Shown: one piece after another, positions 48,783 through 57,763 of the stretch | Layout of the letters: the number at the start of each line of letters is the position of its first letter | Position numbering within the stretch: position 1 is the stretch's first letter | Sequence record: SRR22947727_1950 | Reading direction: 5' to 3' (one strand) | Length of the DNA: 57,763 nucleotides | The notes under the pieces: model-generated | Told to the model about the DNA's origin: nothing | Database searches by the model: none | Seen by the model: only the letters and a program-made list of their open reading frames with translations | Program-made: the position numbers and the translations under genes

Positions 48783-49265
48783 CTAGAGGCCTGCCCGGCG
48801 GGTCTCCGCCACCGCGATCAAACGGTCCCGGAGTTCCTCCGCGACGGGCAGGGGGAGCCCGGGGATTGTCACTCCCGTTGATGCAGCCGCCGTCACGAGC
48901 TTCAGCTCCGAGAGACCTAGAAGGCGCGACAGAGGACCCCTCGTGACATCGACAAGTTGCAAGCGCCCGTAGGGCACTGCCACCTGACGCTGAAAAATTA
49001 TTCCTCGACGGAAGACCAGGTCATCAGCCCGCAGCGCATAGCCAAACGCCTTGACTCTGCGAGGAATGAACCCCACGACCGCCGCCACGACGGCGAGCGT
49101 TATCGCCAGCGGATACCAGGATGCCCACGTGAGTGCGGGATCACTGATCCACAGGGGCACACTGGACACAGCAACGGGGACAAGCGACCCGCCCACAGTG
49201 TGGACAAGTGCCTCCACTTGGTAGCGCGGACTTACCCGTTCCCAGACGGTTTCCTCGGCACTCAT
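48783..49265 (-). CDS. Bacterial PH-domain membrane protein (YdbS-like)
   Basis: VPYGRLQLVDVTRGPL, IPGL. Confidence 0.87.
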   Translation of the reverse strand: MSAEETVWERVSPRYQVEALVHTVGGSLVPVAVSSVPLWISDPALTWASWYPLAITLAVVAAVVGFIPRRVKAFGYALRADDLVFRRGIIFQRQVAVPYGRLQLVDVTRGPLSRLLGLSELKLVTAAASTGVTIPGLPLPVAEELRDRLIAVAETRRAGL

Positions 49266-49744
49266 GACAGTTCTCCTCCGGACACGATGTCAGCTCCGCC
49301 GTCTGATGAATCGGGTGGGAGGGTGCACCACCGCTCGGCGATGAGTGCTCCCACCATCAACACTACGGCGCCGACGAACGCCACAAACGTGGGCACTAGC
49401 GTCTCAGCTAAGACCACGGGTCGACTGGCAAAAAACAGCACGAAGCCCACACCCATCCCTCCAAGCGCCGAGCCAGCCAAGGCTCCTGCCTTCGCCAGCA
49501 GCACAACCCTCGTTGCATAGAACGGATCGACCGGTGTCGTGGCGCGATCTGTCCTCACCTGACTCCGAATCGGCCAGGCCAAAGCCAACAGAATTGCGCC
49601 CAATGCCGCTAGCGCTGCGCCCCAGGTATAGGGAGGAATAAGCGCTGGGATTCCTGAGGTCACCAGAAGCCACTGCCCAGCCCACCCGAATACTCCTCCG
49701 ATCACACCCCCGATCAGAACAGCGATGGCTGAGGTGTGGCTCAT
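49262..49744 (-). CDS. DUF3180 membrane protein
   Basis: LAKAGALAG, AERWCTLP; conserved position after folK. Confidence 0.85.
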   Translation of the reverse strand: MSHTSAIAVLIGGVIGGVFGWAGQWLLVTSGIPALIPPYTWGAALAALGAILLALAWPIRSQVRTDRATTPVDPFYATRVVLLAKAGALAGSALGGMGVGFVLFFASRPVVLAETLVPTFVAFVGAVVLMVGALIAERWCTLPPDSSDGGADIVSGGELS

Positions 49745-50241
49745 GACGGGTCTGGCGGGAGAGATGCGAGGAGCTGAGAGATAGGCCCGTGGCCAGGGAA
49801 CATTGCGTCGGGATCAATTTCCTGCCACGGTTCCAACACAAATCTGCGTTGGTGCGCCCTGGGGTGAGGAGTGGTCACGAAGGGATCATCACTCACACGA
49901 TCGCCGTACACGATGAGATCCAAATCTAAGGTGCGGTCAGCGTATTGTTCTCCGGTTCGCTCACGACCGTGTTGACGCTCGATGTCCATGAAGTGCTCGA
50001 GGGTTTTCTCTGCTGACCAGGCGCTCTCCAGAAGAATCACCTGGTTCACATACGCGGGCGCATCGGGATTGGGGCCATCAGGTCCCAGCGCCACTGTCTC
50101 GTGCAGTGAGGAGGCTGCGGTCACCCGGAAGCCCTCAGTAGCTGCCAAGTCCGCAAGTGCTCGAAACGCGATGTCTTCGCGGTTGCCGAGGTTTGTCCCC
50201 AGCGCCACCACGCATGAAACCCAGCTGTCCTCCGTCATCAC
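49741..50241 (-). CDS. folK: HPPK, 2-amino-4-hydroxy-6-hydroxymethyldihydropteridine diphosphokinase
   Basis: ALGTNLG, RTLDLDL, PHPRAHQRRFVL. Confidence 0.95.
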   Translation of the reverse strand: MMTEDSWVSCVVALGTNLGNREDIAFRALADLAATEGFRVTAASSLHETVALGPDGPNPDAPAYVNQVILLESAWSAEKTLEHFMDIERQHGRERTGEQYADRTLDLDLIVYGDRVSDDPFVTTPHPRAHQRRFVLEPWQEIDPDAMFPGHGPISQLLASLPPDPS

Positions 50242-50603
50242 GCGCCCACCTCTCGTCGTCTCGAAACGGAAACCCCGGCAAAAGGAACCGAAATGGGGGC
50301 CTGGGGTTTATGAATAGTGACGCGGGTGGCCTTCACGCGCTCGAGTGATAACACCATGGTGACAATCCGATCACACACCGTTTCAATCAGGTCGGCGGGC
50401 TCTCCTTGAATAATCTCTGCGACCCGCTCTGCAACGACCCCGTAGTCCACCGTGTACGCGACGTCGTCATGGGCGATGGCCTCATCAAACGATGTCTCAA
50501 TATCGACATCCACCAGGAAAGTTTGGCCTTCTCGTTTCTCCTGGGGAAAAACTCCGTGATAGCCGAAGGCCTCGATTCCCTCAATCCTGATCACGTCACT
50601 CAC
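50238..50603 (-). CDS. folB: Dihydroneopterin aldolase
   Basis: GYHGVFPQEKREGQTF, TVDYG, LIET, HKPQAP. Confidence 0.95.
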   Translation of the reverse strand: MSDVIRIEGIEAFGYHGVFPQEKREGQTFLVDVDIETSFDEAIAHDDVAYTVDYGVVAERVAEIIQGEPADLIETVCDRIVTMVLSLERVKATRVTIHKPQAPISVPFAGVSVSRRREVGA

Positions 50604-51417
50604 GGGGACCCCCTTCGTGGAAAGCCTGCCAGACATCCAATGCCTCTCGGTGCGCTTTCACATTGTGAACCCGCAGAGCGAAGACTCCAGCCTCCGCCAA
50701 CAGCACACCTAAGGCCGCCGATGCTCCATCGCGCTCCGTGGGATGGTGTTCTCCCGGCAGAAGCTCACCCAGGAAACGTTTCCTCGACGCCCCGACCACC
50801 ATCCGCATACCCGAGGGAACGAGGTCATCCAGGTGAGACAGCAGAGACCAGTTGTGCTCCGGAGTTTTCGCAAATCCGAGACCTGGATCAACAAGGAGGC
50901 GAGAGGGGTCGATGCCCGCCTGCGATGCCTCCTCCAGTCGTACCCGAATCTCGTGGGCAACGTCACTGACAACGTCGTCATACTGCGCCAGCGAGTCCAT
51001 GGTGTCGCTGTGTCCTCGCCAATGCATCAGCACATAATCGACACCAGCCTCTGCCACGACCGAGAACATGTCAGGATCCGCCAATCCTCCGGACACATCA
51101 TTGACGATGCGAGCACCGGCGTCCACAGCCTTACGGGCTGTCGACGCTCTCATGGTGTCAACACTCACCACAACCCCTGCTTCGGCCAAAGCCCTCACCA
51201 CGGGGACAACGCGCTTCTCTTCCTCCTCAAGAGTCACACGATGCGCTCCGGGTCTGGTGGACTCGCCTCCGACATCAATGACGGAGGCGCCCTGCTCCAC
51301 GAGAGCCAGGCCTTGCCTAATTGCGGCATCAGCCTCCTGGAAGAGACCTCCATCGCTGAACGAGTCGGGAGTCGTATTCACAACCCCCCACAGCTCGGGC
51401 CGCCGACGAGCGCTCAC
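50596..51417 (-). CDS. folP: Dihydropteroate synthase
   Basis: NTTPDSFSDGG, GGESTRPG, DPGLGFAK, SRKRF, RVHNV. Confidence 0.96.
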   Translation of the reverse strand: MSARRRPELWGVVNTTPDSFSDGGLFQEADAAIRQGLALVEQGASVIDVGGESTRPGAHRVTLEEEEKRVVPVVRALAEAGVVVSVDTMRASTARKAVDAGARIVNDVSGGLADPDMFSVVAEAGVDYVLMHWRGHSDTMDSLAQYDDVVSDVAHEIRVRLEEASQAGIDPSRLLVDPGLGFAKTPEHNWSLLSHLDDLVPSGMRMVVGASRKRFLGELLPGEHHPTERDGASAALGVLLAEAGVFALRVHNVKAHREALDVWQAFHEGGPRE

Positions 51418-51989
51418 GCCCAGTCCTCGCCTCCCGCGAGGAGCAGGGCTTCGTGCCTCTTGGTGTCTTCTGAGAGCGTTCCCTCAGTGGCAACTGTGAC
51501 TGTTGTCAGTCGCTGCTTAGGTCCGCGATAGGCCACACATCCGTGTACCGCAGACACCAGAACAAGAGCACCTCTAGCAACACCGGAGCTCACTAGCGCC
51601 TGCGCCACCATCTCGCCGACCCGCTCTTGGAGCTGTGGTCGCCGTGCCGTCACCTCGACCAGTGTCGCCAGCGTCCCTAGCCCCACGATGGACGAGTCCG
51701 GTTCATAGACCACGCTGGCGTGACCTTCAAACGGCAGCAGGTGGTGTTCACACAGGGAGATAAAGGAGATGTCCCGGAGGGCCACCATCTCACCTCGCTC
51801 AGATTCTGCGGCAGGAACCTCTTTTGCATCCCGAAGCACACTCACCGGATCGACACCCACACCCGAATACAGGTCAGCAAAGAGCTCAGCGACGCGATCT
51901 GGCGTGGTGGCAAGGCCCTCGCGGGTGGGGTCCTCACCGACCGCGAGAAGAATGTCCCCTACCGCTTTCTTGATTGCCTCGCTATCCAC
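51414..51989 (-). CDS. folE: GTP cyclohydrolase I
   Basis: [28 protein letters not shown]. Confidence 0.93.
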   Translation of the reverse strand: MDSEAIKKAVGDILLAVGEDPTREGLATTPDRVAELFADLYSGVGVDPVSVLRDAKEVPAAESERGEMVALRDISFISLCEHHLLPFEGHASVVYEPDSSIVGLGTLATLVEVTARRPQLQERVGEMVAQALVSSGVARGALVLVSAVHGCVAYRGPKQRLTTVTVATEGTLSEDTKRHEALLLAGGEDWA

Positions 51990-54045
51990 GGGTACGTCCG
52001 GTCGACGACGGTGGCGTCTTCTTCGCAGCAGCCTTGGGCGTCGCAGGCTTTTTCACCGCTGGCTTCTTGGTGGTGGTTTTCTTAGCGACAGGCTTCTTGG
52101 CTGCCGGCTTCTTCGGCGCGGCAGCAGCTTTCCTCCGAGGAACACTGACTGGTCCTTTTTTCGAGGGAGGACGATCTCCACTGGAGAGCCACAGCGGGCG
52201 CTCGGGAAGCTGTTTTACGCCCTCGAAGATAGTGGCGAGCTGGTGGTGATCGAGGGTCTCCTTCTCCAGCAATTCGGTCGCCAAGCGATCGAGGATGGCT
52301 CGGTTGTCCATGAGGACTGTCCACGCCTCGGTGTGAGCGCGATCAATAAAGTTGCGGACTTCGGTGTCTACCGCTTGAGCCACGGAATCGGAGTAGTCAC
52401 GTTGGTGACCCATGTCACGACCCAAGAACACTTCACCACTTGCCTGACCGAGCTTCACCGCGCCAATGTCTGTACTCATGCCGTATTCGGTCACCATCCG
52501 ACGAGCAATAGCGGTCGCCTTCTCAATGTCGTTCGATGCGCCCGTGGTGGGGTCATGGAAGACAATTTCTTCGGCGACACGACCACCCATGGCGTAGGTG
52601 AGCTGGTCGAGTAGTTCGTTTCTGGTGACTGAGTACTTATCGTCCAGCGGAAGCACCATGGTGTATCCGAGCGCTCGACCGCGAGGAAGAATAGTGACTT
52701 TCGTGACGGGGTCAGTGTTGCGCATCGCAGCAGCGGCTAGAGCGTGACCACCCTCGTGATACGCGGTGACCAGTCGCTCTTTGTCGCTCATCACTCGAGT
52801 CCGCCTCTGAGGTCCGGCCATCACTCGATCCACAGCTTCATCGAGGAGCTCGTTGGTGATTTTTGTCGCATTCTCACGAGCTGTCAGAAGTGCTGCCTCG
52901 TTGAGAACGTTGGCGAGGTCGGCTCCGGTGAAACCGGGAGTCTTCCGTGCGAGCACAGCGAGGTCCACACCCTTGGCCATGGGCTTACCTTTGGCGTGAA
53001 CCTCCAGAATCTTCTGGCGACCCTTCATGTCCGGTGCATCCACCTGAATCTGGCGGTCGAAACGACCGGGGCGCAGCAGTGCTGGGTCCAAAATGTCAGG
53101 ACGGTTGGTCGCGGCAATCAAAATAACGTTCGTCTTGGGGTCAAAACCGTCCATCTCCACCAAAAGCTGGTTGAGGGTCTGCTCACGCTCATCGTGGCCT
53201 CCGCCCATGCCAGCCCCACGGTGACGCCCCACCGCATCGATCTCATCAACGAAGATGATGGCGGGTGCATTTTCCTTGGCTTGAGTAAAGAGGTCTCGCA
53301 CGCGAGACGCTCCCACACCGACAAACATCTCCACGAAGTCAGAACCCGAAATGGAATAGAACGGCACATTGGCTTCGCCTGCCACGGCCCGTGCCAGCAA
53401 AGTCTTGCCGGTTCCCGGAGGGCCATAGAGAAGAACACCCTTAGGGATGCGGGCACCGACCTTTTGGAACTTCTCGGAATCCTTCAGGAACTCCTTGATT
53501 TCGTGGAGCTCCTCGATTGCTTCATCCGCCCCCGCCACATCCTCGAACGTGACCGTGGGGGTTTCTTTCGACACAAGCTTTGCCCGTGACTTTCCAAACT
53601 GCATGATCCGGGATCCACCGCCCTGCATGCTCGAGAGCAGGAACCAGAAAATCAGACCAATGATGACAAAGGGCAAGAGGAGACCCAGGAGCGAGACAAA
53701 CCAGTTGGTCCGGGGGACCTCATCCGTGAACTCCGCTACATCCGAGTTCGAGACGGCCGCAATGATCTCCTCGCCTCGGGGAGCAACGTAGTAGAACTGC
53801 ACTTGGGTTCCGAGGCCATTAAAGGACGAGCGCAACTCCATATCTACTCGCTGCTCACCATCGATGATGGTGACCGAACGAGCCTGGTTGTCTTTCAGAA
53901 GCTCAAGGCCCTGCTGAGTGCTCACGGGTCGAAAACCGCTCGCGGTGAGCAACGAAATACCAATCACCACAATGAGCGAACCCACGAGAACATAGGGAAG
54001 GGGTCCCCTGATCAGCGATTTCAGGGTGATTTTCTTCTGAGCCAT
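51982..54045 (-). CDS. ftsH: ATP-dependent zinc metalloprotease FtsH
   Basis: Two TM helices, [20 protein letters not shown]. Confidence 0.98.
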   Translation of the reverse strand: MAQKKITLKSLIRGPLPYVLVGSLIVVIGISLLTASGFRPVSTQQGLELLKDNQARSVTIIDGEQRVDMELRSSFNGLGTQVQFYYVAPRGEEIIAAVSNSDVAEFTDEVPRTNWFVSLLGLLLPFVIIGLIFWFLLSSMQGGGSRIMQFGKSRAKLVSKETPTVTFEDVAGADEAIEELHEIKEFLKDSEKFQKVGARIPKGVLLYGPPGTGKTLLARAVAGEANVPFYSISGSDFVEMFVGVGASRVRDLFTQAKENAPAIIFVDEIDAVGRHRGAGMGGGHDEREQTLNQLLVEMDGFDPKTNVILIAATNRPDILDPALLRPGRFDRQIQVDAPDMKGRQKILEVHAKGKPMAKGVDLAVLARKTPGFTGADLANVLNEAALLTARENATKITNELLDEAVDRVMAGPQRRTRVMSDKERLVTAYHEGGHALAAAAMRNTDPVTKVTILPRGRALGYTMVLPLDDKYSVTRNELLDQLTYAMGGRVAEEIVFHDPTTGASNDIEKATAIARRMVTEYGMSTDIGAVKLGQASGEVFLGRDMGHQRDYSDSVAQAVDTEVRNFIDRAHTEAWTVLMDNRAILDRLATELLEKETLDHHQLATIFEGVKQLPERPLWLSSGDRPPSKKGPVSVPRRKAAAAPKKPAAKKPVAKKTTTKKPAVKKPATPKAAAKKTPPSSTGRTRG

Positions 54046-54089
54046 GACGAGAGTCTGGAGCCTTTCGGTGGACCGGGAGTCAAGCTAAC

Positions 54090-54139
54090 AGGCTAGCGCG
54101 ATGCGGAAGCCAAAAGCCACGTGTTCGCCCGAGGCACAG
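54090..54139 (-). promoter_or_regulatory. ftsH promoter with ClgR-like box
   Basis: GTTCGC-N5-GCA at 54123-54136; -10 TAGCCT at 54090-54095, same 27-nt gap as at clpC. Confidence 0.55.
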
Positions 54140-54146
54140 GGTGGTC

Positions 54147-54701
54147 TCAGCCCCCGTAGACAGCAGGTTTGAGAACCCCCACACCACTGAGATTGCGGTA
54201 AGACTCTGCATAATCCAAACCGAAACCGACGACAAAATCATTGGGAATATCGAACCCGAGATAGTCAATGGGGACATCAACTTTCATCGCATCAGGTTTG
54301 CGCAGCAGGGTGGCAACGCTCACCGAGGCTGCCTGGCGACTCTCAAAGTTCTCCAACAGCCAGGACAGGGTCAACCCTGAGTCGACAATGTCCTCCACGA
54401 TGATGACGTGGCGACCCTCGAGGGAAATTTCGAGGTCTTTGACGATGCGCACCACACCGCTTGATTTGGTGGAGGCGCCATAACTCGACACCGCCATCCA
54501 ATCCATCTCTATCGGAATGTGCAGCTCCCGGGCAAGATCCGCCATCACCATGACGGCGCCCTTCAGCACACCAATCAAGAGAGGTGTGTGACCGGTGTGA
54601 TTGTTCTCAATCTCTCGGGCAATCCGAGCGATGCCCTCAGCAATCTGCTCTTTAGTGAGAACAACTGATTCGATGTCAGAGTTGACGTCCTCGAATTCCA
54701 T
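54147..54701 (-). CDS. hpt: Hypoxanthine phosphoribosyltransferase
   Basis: VLKGA, SSYG, VEDIVDSGLT, FVVGFGLD. Confidence 0.97.
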   Translation of the reverse strand: MEFEDVNSDIESVVLTKEQIAEGIARIAREIENNHTGHTPLLIGVLKGAVMVMADLARELHIPIEMDWMAVSSYGASTKSSGVVRIVKDLEISLEGRHVIIVEDIVDSGLTLSWLLENFESRQAASVSVATLLRKPDAMKVDVPIDYLGFDIPNDFVVGFGLDYAESYRNLSGVGVLKPAVYGG

Positions 54702-54712
54702 GGTTTTTCGCC

Positions 54713-55729
54713 CTACCTACTCGCTCGGGCCACAATTCGCCCGTCCCTGCGCTCCACACTAGCGCCGGAAACATCCACGGCCGATTGCCCTTTCCACTGC
54801 TCGAGAAGGCGCCTCATCTGGGCTGTGTGTGCATAGGTGGGAGCGTCGCCACCGGCCCGAACCACCAGCATCCGTAGGGCCCTCGTCTGCAGTGCCACAC
54901 TGACCTGCTCAAGGTCTGCGACCTCGAGTGCCCACGACCCATCGTCCAGAGTTGTCGCATGGGCCTCAAACCAGGTTGCGGCCTCGTCATCCAAGGCGGT
55001 CGCATCAGAGCGGAACAGTTCTGCGGTGCGGGCCAGCGCTTGGGCAACTCCCGGGCCCATTTCCCGCTCGAGGACCGGAAGGACTTGGTTGCGCACCCGC
55101 ACTCTGGTGAAACGCTCATCCGCGTTGTGTGGATCCTCCCACCACGTCATCCCCGCATCCAGAAGAGCCTGGCGAAGCGTTGCGCGCGAAAGGCCGAGAA
55201 AAGGACGGTGCAAAATGCCGTCCTGACCGGGCATTCCTTTGAGTCCGCTTGGTCCACTCCCTCTGGTCAACCCCATCAACACCGTCTCGGCCTGATCGTC
55301 CAGAGAGTGCGCGAGCACGACACCCTGAGCGCCGGTTTCGCGCAACGCCTCAGTGAATGCTCGGTGTCGAGCCACCCGAGCAGCGTCCTCCAGATTGGCG
55401 GTCCCTTCCACTGTTACCGACTTGATCAAGACCGGCTTGAGACCCAGGGCCTCCGCTTCCGCTGCGGCTGCCTGAGCGATGTCGAGGGAACCTGGTTGAA
55501 GGCCGTGGTCAACAATGACAGCACCAATGTCCAGTCCCAGAGATCCCGCCTCGTGAGACAGGGCCCAGGCTAAAGCGAGGGAATCCCCTCCGCCACTCAG
55601 CCCCACCAAATACAGAGCGCGACCAGGAGACGCATCAAGGCTTCCCGCCCACTCTCGGGCCGCCCGGCGGACATCCGCCATGGCAGGCGTCAGGCGGGGA
55701 CGCGCTCCCGAGCTCGTAGTCTGGGCCAC
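54713..55729 (-). CDS. tilS: tRNA(Ile)-lysidine synthetase
   Basis: SGGGDS PP-loop, [17 protein letters not shown]. Confidence 0.95.
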   Translation of the reverse strand: MAQTTSSGARPRLTPAMADVRRAAREWAGSLDASPGRALYLVGLSGGGDSLALAWALSHEAGSLGLDIGAVIVDHGLQPGSLDIAQAAAAEAEALGLKPVLIKSVTVEGTANLEDAARVARHRAFTEALRETGAQGVVLAHSLDDQAETVLMGLTRGSGPSGLKGMPGQDGILHRPFLGLSRATLRQALLDAGMTWWEDPHNADERFTRVRVRNQVLPVLEREMGPGVAQALARTAELFRSDATALDDEAATWFEAHATTLDDGSWALEVADLEQVSVALQTRALRMLVVRAGGDAPTYAHTAQMRRLLEQWKGQSAVDVSGASVERRDGRIVARASR

Positions 55730-55776
55730 CCGGTAAGGTTACTTCACGAAACTTTCTCTCAAAGGAGTCACCTGTT

Positions 55777-56262
55777 ATGGCCGAATACCCCGCCATCATT
55801 GAAATCCCCCGCGGTAGCCGCAACAAGTACGAGGTAGACCACAAAACCGGTCGGGTCTTCTTGGACCGTGTCCTCTACACAACCTTTGTGTACCCCACGG
55901 ACTATGGCTTCTTTGAGAACACCCTGGGATTAGATGGCGACCCCGTCGACCTTCTTCTCCTCACCGAATACCCCTTGTTTCCAGGAGTGGGCGTCACCGT
56001 TCGCCCGGTCGGTGTCTTCAACATGACCGATGACGGCGGCAGCGACGCCAAAGTGGTGGGCGTTCCCGCTGGCGACCCGCGCTGGGACCACATTCAAGAC
56101 GTGAACGACATTCCCGAGTACACCCGCAAAGAAATCGAGCACTTCTTCGAGCACTACAAGGACCTTGAGCCCGGCAAATGGGTCAAAACCGAAGGCTGGG
56201 CGTCAGCAGCTGAAGCAGAAAAGATTGTCCAAGCCGGTATTGAGGCGTTCCCCGGCCACTAA
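55777..56262 (+). CDS. ppa: Inorganic pyrophosphatase
   Basis: [35 protein letters not shown]. Confidence 0.97.
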   Translation: MAEYPAIIEIPRGSRNKYEVDHKTGRVFLDRVLYTTFVYPTDYGFFENTLGLDGDPVDLLLLTEYPLFPGVGVTVRPVGVFNMTDDGGSDAKVVGVPAGDPRWDHIQDVNDIPEYTRKEIEHFFEHYKDLEPGKWVKTEGWASAAEAEKIVQAGIEAFPGH

Positions 56263-56266
56263 GTGA

Positions 56267-57511
56267 CTATCCGAGCCGGATTCCTCGGTTGAGGAAGAAG
56301 GGGTAGGGGTCCTGGGCGACCATGTTCTGCCGGGTCTCCAAGTGCAGGTGGCATCCAGTTGATCCGCCGGTGTTACCGATGCGCCCAATCAGCTGCCCGG
56401 TCACCACTGATTCGCCCAACCGTACATAAAGCGAGCCGCTCTGCAAGTGTGCATACCCCGTCGTATAACCATCCTCGTGTGTGACGCGAATGAAGTTTCC
56501 TGAGGTCCCCAACCATCCGGAGTAGCTCACACGACCCGATCTGGCCGCATACACCGGTCGGCCACACGGAGTCGCGAGGTCAATTCCGGCGTGGAGGCGA
56601 GCAATTCCATAAATCGGGTGGATGCGCGGTCCAAAGTGGCTGGAGATGTATCCACTGGAGGGGCGGGCCCAGCCAGAGGCGCTGATTTGGCCGGGATCAA
56701 TCATGCCCATGATCTCGGATTGCTGGCGAGCAATCACGCCTTTTTGGTAGTCGGCCTCGGTTGCTTCACGCTGCTCAATCAAGACCTCTAACTGTGCTTC
56801 CAGGCGTGCACTGTTCTCCAGTTGTGCCTCAACAGCGGAGTACGCCCGCATCGCTGCAGCGTTCGCCTCGCCATAGGCAGCCTCCGCGACGAGCTGAAGC
56901 TCCTCACGGATTTGTCGGGCAACCTCAGCCTGGTCACTCAACGCTTGGGCGGTGTTCTGATCAGACAGCGCCCTGGCATAAATGCCATCGGTCTGTTCGG
57001 CGATCTTGGCGGCATAGCCAATTCGACTGAGAAGCTGGTTAGCGTCATCGCCACTAATGAACAGCGTCGCGGTGAGATCGGCGCCACCCACACGTGCAAG
57101 CTCGGCCACGAACTGACCCGCCTTCATGCGAGACTCCTCCGCCACTACCGCCGCGGAATCGGCTTGCGATTGCAATTGGGCCTGCTGGAAAGTGGCTTCG
57201 TCCAGTTCATAGAGCGCCTCGTAATAAATCTCACCCAGACGAGCAGCTTCTTCTTCAGCTTCGGCCGCCGCAACTTCGAGCCTCTCGAGGAGGGCCATAA
57301 TCTCTTTTACCTTGGCCTCAGCGCGAGCAACGTCTTTCCGGGCCTCCTGGACTTCCTCCCAGGTCGGATATTCGTCGGCGTAGGCGGGGCTCTGTGAGGG
57401 CAGGCCCAGGCTCAAGACCATCACCAACGCACCAAGGGTCGCGATGGCAGGCCAGAATCGGCGTGCGCTAAGGGCTCTCACGGAAGATAACGATAACCAC
57501 ATCTCCCCCAC
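56267..57511 (-). CDS. Secreted M23 peptidoglycan endopeptidase with coiled-coil N-terminus
   Basis: Signal peptide (AYA-D), long coiled coil, HAGID, YAH, STGCHLHLE; start may be 57502. Confidence 0.92.
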   Translation of the reverse strand: MGEMWLSLSSVRALSARRFWPAIATLGALVMVLSLGLPSQSPAYADEYPTWEEVQEARKDVARAEAKVKEIMALLERLEVAAAEAEEEAARLGEIYYEALYELDEATFQQAQLQSQADSAAVVAEESRMKAGQFVAELARVGGADLTATLFISGDDANQLLSRIGYAAKIAEQTDGIYARALSDQNTAQALSDQAEVARQIREELQLVAEAAYGEANAAAMRAYSAVEAQLENSARLEAQLEVLIEQREATEADYQKGVIARQQSEIMGMIDPGQISASGWARPSSGYISSHFGPRIHPIYGIARLHAGIDLATPCGRPVYAARSGRVSYSGWLGTSGNFIRVTHEDGYTTGYAHLQSGSLYVRLGESVVTGQLIGRIGNTGGSTGCHLHLETRQNMVAQDPYPFFLNRGIRLG

Positions 57512-57552
57512 CCACCGGGGTTTCAGGCGGTGTGGCGAGTGACTCTAGGGGT

Positions 57553-57581
57553 TTGCATAACTCCGCAAGGCTCTCTAGACT
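57553..57581 (+). promoter_or_regulatory. tRNA operon promoter
   Basis: TTGCAT-N17-TAGACT. Confidence 0.65.
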
Positions 57582-57614
57582 CAATCCCTGTTGCTGTGCT
57601 TCGGCTCACGAGAC

Positions 57615-57690
57615 GGCCCCATCGTTTAGTGGCCTAGGACGCCGCCCTTTCACGGCGGTAGCACGGGTTCGAATCCCGTTGGGGTCACCA
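57615..57690 (+). tRNA. tRNA-Glu(TTC)
   Basis: 76-nt cloverleaf, CT-TTC-AC loop, GGTTCGAATCC, encoded CCA. Confidence 0.97.
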
Positions 57691-57707
57691 TATAATTTAA
57701 TACGCAA

Positions 57708-57763
57708 GGCCCTGTAGCGCAGTTGGTTAGCGTGCCGCCCTGTCACGGCGGAGGTCGCGGGTT
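57708..57763 (+). tRNA. tRNA-Asp(GTC), truncated by window end
   Basis: GGCCCTGTAGCGCAGTTGGTTAGCG…CT-GTC-AC loop…GGTT. Confidence 0.95.

Noticed and set aside
1-57763. CRISPR arrays, IS elements, prophage or defence systems
   Set aside because: No repeat-spacer arrays, transposases, terminal inverted repeats or phage genes were seen; nearly all sequence is explained by housekeeping or metabolic genes.

Overview
A gene-dense, GC-rich core-chromosome window from an actinobacterium. Gene content and order fit Microbacteriaceae (inference). It runs from the 5' part of rpoB through bS22/trkHA/proC/tadA/upp, a photolyase, pseudouridine and kynurenine catabolism, pstSCAB, a self-contained polyol PTS locus, an MMPL/DDAH pair, tRNA-Ser, radA, clpC, lysS, pan/fol genes and ftsH-hpt-tilS-ppa, ending in tRNA-Glu and a partial tRNA-Asp. 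I see no transposase, integrase, prophage gene or CRISPR array. The most striking unannotated structure is a regulatory module at 10941-11864. It has a leaderless 23-aa poly-cysteine uORF (…GLCCCRMCG) whose Cys codons can base-pair with the initiation region of a receiver-less OmpR-type regulator. After that gene comes a ~100-nt candidate sRNA with its own promoter, which is overlaid by three 11-bp-phased GTnAC-type repeats. Other finds are a ClgR-like box at identical spacing upstream of both clpC and ftsH, several small ORFs missed by the ORF track, an SRPBCC-like/methyltransferase fusion and pervasive leaderless promoters. All product calls come from motif recognition and synteny only; no database search was run.
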